Positions 5,024 to 7,648 of a stretch of 7,648 nucleotides of DNA are shown here, piece by piece. The translations under genes and the position numbers were made by a program. How positions within the stretch are numbered: the stretch's first letter is position 1; every line of letters begins with the position of its first letter. The DNA comes from a virus, in the IMG/VR virus record IMGVR_UViG_3300029767_000164, positions 1-7,648 of that record. The stretch is one strand, 5' to 3'. Under the pieces are notes generated by a model that had not been told where the DNA came from, ran no database searches, and was given only the letters and a program-made list of their open reading frames with translations.

Positions 5024-5167
5024 CGAAAAATCGTGGTTATGTCATTTCTGCATAACTCTCATAGTCGCCTATGAGTTCAGACTGTGCCTTCAACCTGTGG
5101 GAAAGGTTGCTCCGTGTCCAGTCGTTACACCTCCCCGTAGTGGGTTTGGCTCGGCGTTGTCTATATT
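5024..5167 (-). ncRNA. Candidate structured RNA or 5' leader transcribed leftward from the 5174-5202 promoter
   Basis: A GC-rich island in AT-rich surroundings. Hairpins: CTCATAG/CTATGAG (5058-5064/5069-5075); CAACCT/AGGTTG (5091-5096/5104-5109) nested inside GACTG/CAGTC (5080-5084/5119-5123); and GTTATG/CATAAC (5036-5041/5051-5056). On the minus strand the last hairpin is followed by a U5 run (plus A5 at 5024-5028). No ncRNA class was recognised. Confidence 0.3.
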
Positions 5168-5173
5168 TATTAC

Positions 5174-5202
5174 ATTTTAGCACAATATGGTTATTTACGC
5201 AA
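5174..5202 (-). promoter_or_regulatory. Leftward extended -10 promoter (cassette A)
   Basis: The minus strand reads TTGCGT - 17 nt - TAAAAT, with TGc immediately upstream of the -10 (TGcTAAAAT). Confidence 0.55.
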
Positions 5203-5209
5203 GAACAAA

Positions 5210-5240
5210 AATCGACGTAGGTAATATAAGAAAGTAGGTG
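5210..5240 (+). repeat. Start-associated repeat, copy 2 (AATCGACGTAGGTAATATAAGAAAGTAGGTG)
   Basis: This 31-nt sequence is identical to copy 3. The ATG at 5247 follows after 6 nt. Confidence 0.9.
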
Positions 5241-5246
5241 GGAATT

Positions 5247-5378
5247 ATGAAAGATGAAAAAATAATTTTTGAAGTATCGGTAAGTAAAAAAGAACTATCT
5301 AAACTATTAGATCCGTTACAGACAGTTCTTTTAAATGGAATATTAGAAAAGTTGGCAAATGCTATTTCTTCTCAATAA
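5247..5378 (+). CDS. Small hypothetical ORF, 43 aa
   Basis: MKDEKIIFEVSVSKKELSKLLDPLQTVLLNGILEKLANAISSQ. It starts 6 nt after repeat copy 2. The first 16 nt (ATGAAAGATGAAAAAA) nearly match the start of the ORF after copy 3, and a GAAGTATCGG (EVS) block is shared. Confidence 0.45.
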   Translation: MKDEKIIFEVSVSKKELSKLLDPLQTVLLNGILEKLANAISSQ

Positions 5379-5533
5379 AGGTTTTGTGATACTCATTAAG
5401 AATGTCTAAAGTAACACTTGCAGATGTTTGTTTCATAAGTAATGCAAAATTAGTATAGGGATCACATTCATCCGGAGTTTTACTATACTTCTCTAATATG
5501 ATTTTAGAAAATTCTTCAAAAGACGTTGACATT
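5362..5533 (-). pseudogene. Small leftward ORF with an ideal promoter, SD and ATG, but a stop after 5 codons; the +1 frame continues for 52 codons
   Basis: AAGGAGGTG is followed 6 nt later by ATG (5533-5531). The reading is ATG TCA ACG TCT TTT TGA. Shifting +1 on the T5 run (plus A5 at 5518-5522) gives MSTSFEEFSKIILEKYSKTPDECDPYTNFALLMKQTSASVTLDILNEYHKTFIEKK (56 aa), ending at TAG 5364-5362. Confidence 0.4.
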
Positions 5534-5556
5534 ATAATCACCTCCTTCCGAGATGA

Positions 5557-5584
5557 TTATAGCACAAATGGTTAAAAAATACAA
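5557..5584 (-). promoter_or_regulatory. Leftward extended -10 promoter (cassette B)
   Basis: The minus strand reads TTGTTT - 16 nt - TGcTATAAT. The block TAACCAT(A)TTGTGCTA(A/T)AAT is shared with the cassette A promoter. Confidence 0.55.
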
Positions 5585-5613
5585 TCGACGTAGGTAATAT
5601 AAGAAAGTAGGTG
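5583..5613 (+). repeat. Start-associated repeat, copy 3
   Basis: Identical 31-mer to copy 2. The ATG at 5620 follows after 6 nt. Confidence 0.9.
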
Positions 5614-5619
5614 AGAAAA

Positions 5620-5781
5620 ATGGAAGATGAAAAAGAAAATGAATTAAAAGATGAACTAAAACTGCTGGCAATGCCATTAATCAAATTTCTAAAAGAAAAT
5701 TATAATCCATATTGCAAAGTAGAAGTATCGGAAAAAGGTGTAAAAATAGTTGGAGATGTTTGCTTAATACCAATTAAATAA
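5620..5781 (+). CDS. Small hypothetical phage protein, 53 aa
   Basis: MEDEKENELKDELKLLAMPLIKFLKENYNPYCKVEVSEKGVKIVGDVCLIPIK. It has a strong SD supplied by the repeat and a plausible small alpha/beta protein sequence. Confidence 0.6.
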   Translation: MEDEKENELKDELKLLAMPLIKFLKENYNPYCKVEVSEKGVKIVGDVCLIPIK

Positions 5782-5839
5782 GGTACAAAGTAATAGGACA
5801 AAAAATGAAATACATAGATTAAAGCAGGAGGTGGAAATC

Positions 5840-6073
5840 ATGGAGGCGGAAAAGACCAAAAAGGCAAGAAAGCCGAGAAAGCAACCTAAAGTACACGTTG
5901 AAGTGGTAGGCAGTTGGAAAGACAGACCCGCTTATGAACAGTTTCAGCATTGGAAACCTCATATAGAAAATATGTATCATATGCTTGGGTATGGTGACGT
6001 AACGGTTGAGCCGTCGCAGGAGATGATTGACGAGTACAATGCTATTCAAGCAAACAAGGAAAAAGGAGCTTAA
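5840..6073 (+). CDS. Hypothetical protein, 77 aa, basic N-terminus
   Basis: The ORF track starts this ORF at GTG 5831, but that GTG lies inside the SD AGGAGGTG (5826-5833). The ATG at 5840, 6 nt downstream, is the likely start: MEAEKTKKARKPRKQPK... Confidence 0.7.
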   Translation: MEAEKTKKARKPRKQPKVHVEVVGSWKDRPAYEQFQHWKPHIENMYHMLGYGDVTVEPSQEMIDEYNAIQANKEKGA

Positions 6074-6093
6074 TGCTCCGAAGATAGGACAAG

Positions 6094-6194
6094 CTCACAG
6101 GCAGACAAGGGCTGTCCGCGTATTATCCGTAAAATAGTTAGACTTTCCCTAAGAGTTTTAATCCTTTTGCGGACAGTTCCTGTGTGCCTGTGAG
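6094..6194. other. 101-bp long imperfect inverted repeat (26-bp arms, 49-nt loop)
   Basis: CTCACAGGCAGACAAGGGCTGTCCGC (6094-6119) pairs with GCGGACAGTTCCTGTGTGCCTGTGAG (6169-6194). 22 of 26 positions are complementary, including perfect 10-bp outer and 8-bp inner blocks. No T-run follows. Confidence 0.6.
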
Positions 6195-6216
6195 GTAAGA
6201 GAAATGAGGAAAACAA

Positions 6217-6330
6217 ATGAACACAATAGGAATTGCGCTGATTAGTTTCGGTATCGGACTAATCATAAGTTGGAAATTGGCAGAAAGGGACATAAAAAAT
6301 GCTAAAAAGAAAACCAAAAACAGAGAATGA
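6217..6330 (+). CDS. Small membrane peptide, 37 aa (one TM helix plus a Lys/Arg-rich tail)
   Basis: MNTIGIALISFGIGLIISWKLAERDIKNAKKKTKNRE. The SD GAGGA lies 6 nt upstream. Not in the ORF track because it is under 60 aa. Confidence 0.5.
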   Translation: MNTIGIALISFGIGLIISWKLAERDIKNAKKKTKNRE

Positions 6331-6412
6331 GAAAACGGAAGAATATTTCCACAGAGAAGTATTTCCGATGATTAACGCATTCGCCAAGGAGTGCAGAGGA
6401 CACGCAAAATAG
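6299..6412 (+). CDS. Small hypothetical ORF, 37 aa (weak), overlapping the previous ORF by 32 nt
   Basis: MLKRKPKTENEKTEEYFHREVFPMINAFAKECRGHAK. The SD is weak (GGGA). The overlap region is full of A-runs. Confidence 0.3.
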   Translation: MLKRKPKTENEKTEEYFHREVFPMINAFAKECRGHAK

Positions 6413-6440
6413 AAAATAACAGTGAAAGGAATATTTTCAA

Positions 6441-6611
6441 ATGAACAAATATGTAATAATGACGGGCAGAGATGATGTAGTGGTTTTAAACGCCGATGAC
6501 AACAAGTCGGTTAAGGCATACATAGCAAAAGGATACGGCATAACAAATCGTATCAAGTCAAAGCACCCGCTTGAAATGAGTGTTGCGAAGATTATCAGTG
6601 GAGATAATTAA
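6441..6611 (+). CDS. Small hypothetical protein, 56 aa
   Basis: MNKYVIMTGRDDVVVLNADDNKSVKAYIAKGYGITNRIKSKHPLEMSVAKIISGDN. AAAGGA lies 10 nt upstream. Confidence 0.55.
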   Translation: MNKYVIMTGRDDVVVLNADDNKSVKAYIAKGYGITNRIKSKHPLEMSVAKIISGDN

Positions 6612-6617
6612 ACGGCT

Positions 6618-6899
6618 ATGACGAAATACGAATTTGACGATTGGGCGTGCATAGACGAGGACTTTGCTTGTCGTGATGACGACTTCGCCTGTATCGACGA
6701 TGATTGGGCGTGCATAGATGATGATGACGCAGTATGCGACGATGAACGCGACGGACTTACGGAAGAAGAAGCCGACGCATACGAAAAGGAAAAAGCGTGG
6801 TATGACCTATTCAAAGAGGTATTGCAGTATCCGTACAGTTACGGATTATCTTGGGGAATAGTTTTAGCATACAGACAACCTATAAAATATCAGAATTAG
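6618..6899 (+). CDS. Extremely acidic protein (93 aa) with a Cys-containing heptad repeat
   Basis: The N-terminal 59 residues include 26 Asp/Glu against 5 Lys/Arg. A D-[WF]-A-C-[IR]-D-[DE] unit occurs four times, followed by a degenerate DDAVCDD. The C-terminal part is aromatic and hydrophobic (YPYSYGLSWGIVLAY). Confidence 0.75.
   Translation: MTKYEFDDWACIDEDFACRDDDFACIDDDWACIDDDDAVCDDERDGLTEEEADAYEKEKAWYDLFKEVLQYPYSYGLSWGIVLAYRQPIKYQN
6639..6743 (+). repeat. Five in-frame tandem 21-bp units encoding the heptad repeat
   Basis: Unit 1 is GATTGGGCGTGCATAGACGAG and unit 4 is GATTGGGCGTGCATAGATGAT; they differ at 2 of 21 positions. Units 2, 3 and 5 are more diverged. Confidence 0.85.
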
Positions 6900-6911
6900 G
6901 AGGTGAGAAGT

Positions 6912-7061
6912 GTGGCAGATGAGAAAACGGCGGAAATACTGAAATTGTATAGCGATTTAACACCGAATGAAAAGCATTTGGTAGGTGTTTTCGTAAATGC
7001 GATGATACTTAGTCGCAATAAAAATGACCGTCAGAGCGGCAACTCAATAACGGTCAAATAA
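6912..7061 (+). CDS. Small hypothetical protein, 49 aa
   Basis: The GTG start lies 6 nt after AGGAGGTG (6898-6905). The product is (M)ADEKTAEILKLYSDLTPNEKHLVGVFVNAMILSRNKNDRQSGNSITVK. Confidence 0.55.
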   Translation: MADEKTAEILKLYSDLTPNEKHLVGVFVNAMILSRNKNDRQSGNSITVK

Positions 7062-7065
7062 AAGC

Positions 7066-7086
7066 ACATAGATTATTAATCTATGT
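7066..7086. other. 21-bp palindrome / hairpin (9-bp arms, 3-nt centre)
   Basis: ACATAGATT att AATCTATGT, lying between two plus-strand genes. No U-tract follows. Confidence 0.4.
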
Positions 7087-7118
7087 CAACATTATATCAC
7101 AGAAAGGAATAAAAATCA

Positions 7119-7487
7119 ATGCAAATTGTAATTAGGCTTGAACAGAAAGATTTTGAGGGTAACAAGGAAGTATTCGACCGAATGTACGGATTATGTTCGG
7201 TACTCAACAAAAAGACGGGACCTGTGGAGATGACAAAGGCGGAAGTTGAGAAATCGGCGAACGTTGTAAGAGAGGAACAGACGTCAGACGATACGCCGAC
7301 AGAGGATAATACCGCCGAAGTGGAATACACAATAGAGGAAGTACGCAAGGCATTCGGTGAATATGCGAAGTCGCAGGGCAGAGATAAGGCCAAGGGACTG
7401 CTTCAAGAAATGGGTTACGACAAAGTAACGGAAATACCGCCTGAGCGATACACAGAGGCGATGACGAGAATAGGAGATGTGAAGTAA
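7119..7487 (+). CDS. Hypothetical phage protein, 122 aa, acidic centre
   Basis: This is the longest ORF in the region and its codon usage is consistent with neighbouring plus-strand genes. Its stop overlaps the next start (TAATG at 7485-7489). Confidence 0.8.
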   Translation: MQIVIRLEQKDFEGNKEVFDRMYGLCSVLNKKTGPVEMTKAEVEKSANVVREEQTSDDTPTEDNTAEVEYTIEEVRKAFGEYAKSQGRDKAKGLLQEMGYDKVTEIPPERYTEAMTRIGDVK

Positions 7488-7648
7488 TGCCGGAAGAACA
7501 CGCAAAACTCTCGGCGTCGGGGTCAAAGAAGTGGATAAACTGCCCCGCGTCAATCGCAATGGAAAGCAAATTCCCCGACGAAAGCAGTGAATATGCAAAA
7601 GAGGGAACTACCGCACATTCATTGGGTGAGGCAAAGCTGAAATTAGCT
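7487..7648 (+). CDS. PD-(D/E)XK nuclease-superfamily phage protein (DUF2800-like), N-terminal 54 codons; continues beyond the window
   Basis: MPEEHAKLSASGSKKWINCPASIAMESKFPDESSEYAKEGTTAHSLGEAKLKLA. The HAxLSASGSxxWxxCPxS ... YAxEGTxAH pattern is the N-terminus I recognise for DUF2800 phage nucleases. The frame is open to the end of the window. Confidence 0.7.
   Translation, partial: MPEEHAKLSASGSKKWINCPASIAMESKFPDESSEYAKEGTTAHSLGEAKLKLA

Larger units (their letters stand above)
170..7648. mobile_element. Left end of a temperate prophage / integrative element, continuing past the right edge; the left boundary is approximate and lies within about 30 bp of position 190
   Basis: Gene order is serine integrase, accessory genes, CI-like S24 repressor, divergent Cro-like gene, many small early ORFs, then a DUF2800-like nuclease. 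This is the canonical lysogeny-module layout. It abuts a truncated host gene. Confidence 0.8.

Noticed and set aside
4855-5055. Plus-strand ORF of 66 aa
   Set aside because: It overlaps the slightly more protein-like minus-strand ORF 4740-5009. It has no SD and a Ser/Cys/Ile-rich sequence. Neither ORF is strongly supported.
5057-5160. Assigning the structured segment to a named riboswitch class; a CGACTGG stretch on the minus strand is reminiscent of the ZTP/pfl motif
   Set aside because: The other conserved ZTP elements, including the 3' CCGCCUGGGC-type pseudoknot partner, are absent. I cannot run a covariance model, so no class is claimed.
4560-5613. Possibility that the three identical 25-mers form a CRISPR array
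   Set aside because: Spacing is irregular and long, with copy starts 655 and 373 bp apart. The intervals contain ORFs and promoters. Each copy ends in an SD followed by a start codon, and the repeat is not palindromic like typical CRISPR repeats.
5819-6049. Minus-strand ORF of 76 aa, and the GTG 5831 start for the plus-strand ORF
   Set aside because: The minus ORF is antisense to a better-supported plus-strand gene and has no SD. GTG 5831 lies within the SD AGGAGGTG itself, so the ATG at 5840 is preferred.
6094-6194. Interpreting the 101-bp inverted repeat as a MITE-like mobile element
   Set aside because: No target-site duplication flanks the arms (left flank ...GACAAG, right flank GTAAGA...). 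Only one copy is visible in the window.
6608-6814. Minus-strand Ser-rich ORF of 68 aa
   Set aside because: It is the reverse-complement image of the GAT/GAC-rich tandem repeat: Asp codons read as Ser/Ile codons on the opposite strand. It is a low-complexity artefact.
7097-7598. Minus-strand ORFs 7097-7393, 7204-7569 and 7284-7598
   Set aside because: They overlap each other and lie antisense to the 122-aa gene and the DUF2800-like gene. Their composition is Ser/Leu/Pro/Cys-rich, and there are no SDs.

Overview
This window is the left end of a temperate prophage or phage-like integrative element from a low-GC Firmicute, judged by AT-rich coding and strong GGAGG-type Shine-Dalgarno sites. The element sits inside a host ZIP-family zinc transporter gene (zupT-like). 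Left to right: a zupT 3' fragment (1-190, minus); a large serine recombinase (191-1669, minus); and a minus-strand accessory island. The island holds two diverged copies of a two-gene module, separated by an orphan 137-aa His/Cys-rich protein. Each module is a DUF4258-like putative toxin followed 1 nt later by a YgiT/MqsA-N-type zinc-ribbon protein with no HTH domain. Next come a CI/LexA-like repressor (XRE HTH plus S24 peptidase, 3534-4178, minus), a divergent-promoter switch with ACTTTG-N6-CAAAGT operators, and a Cro-like DUF739-type HTH gene (4334-4582, plus). The rest is a mosaic early region of very small ORFs. It contains a 25-31 bp repeat present three times (stop codons in all three frames plus an extended SD), two leftward extended -10 promoters, a GC-rich structured segment, a long imperfect hairpin, and an extremely acidic protein with a Cys-containing heptad repeat. 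The window ends with a hypothetical 122-aa protein and the start of a PD-(D/E)XK (DUF2800-like) nuclease gene that runs off the right edge. I found no rRNA, tRNA or CRISPR array. The best candidate for an undescribed system is the integrase-repressor gap island (1795-3483). All family assignments rest on motif recognition by eye and need HMM or BLAST confirmation.
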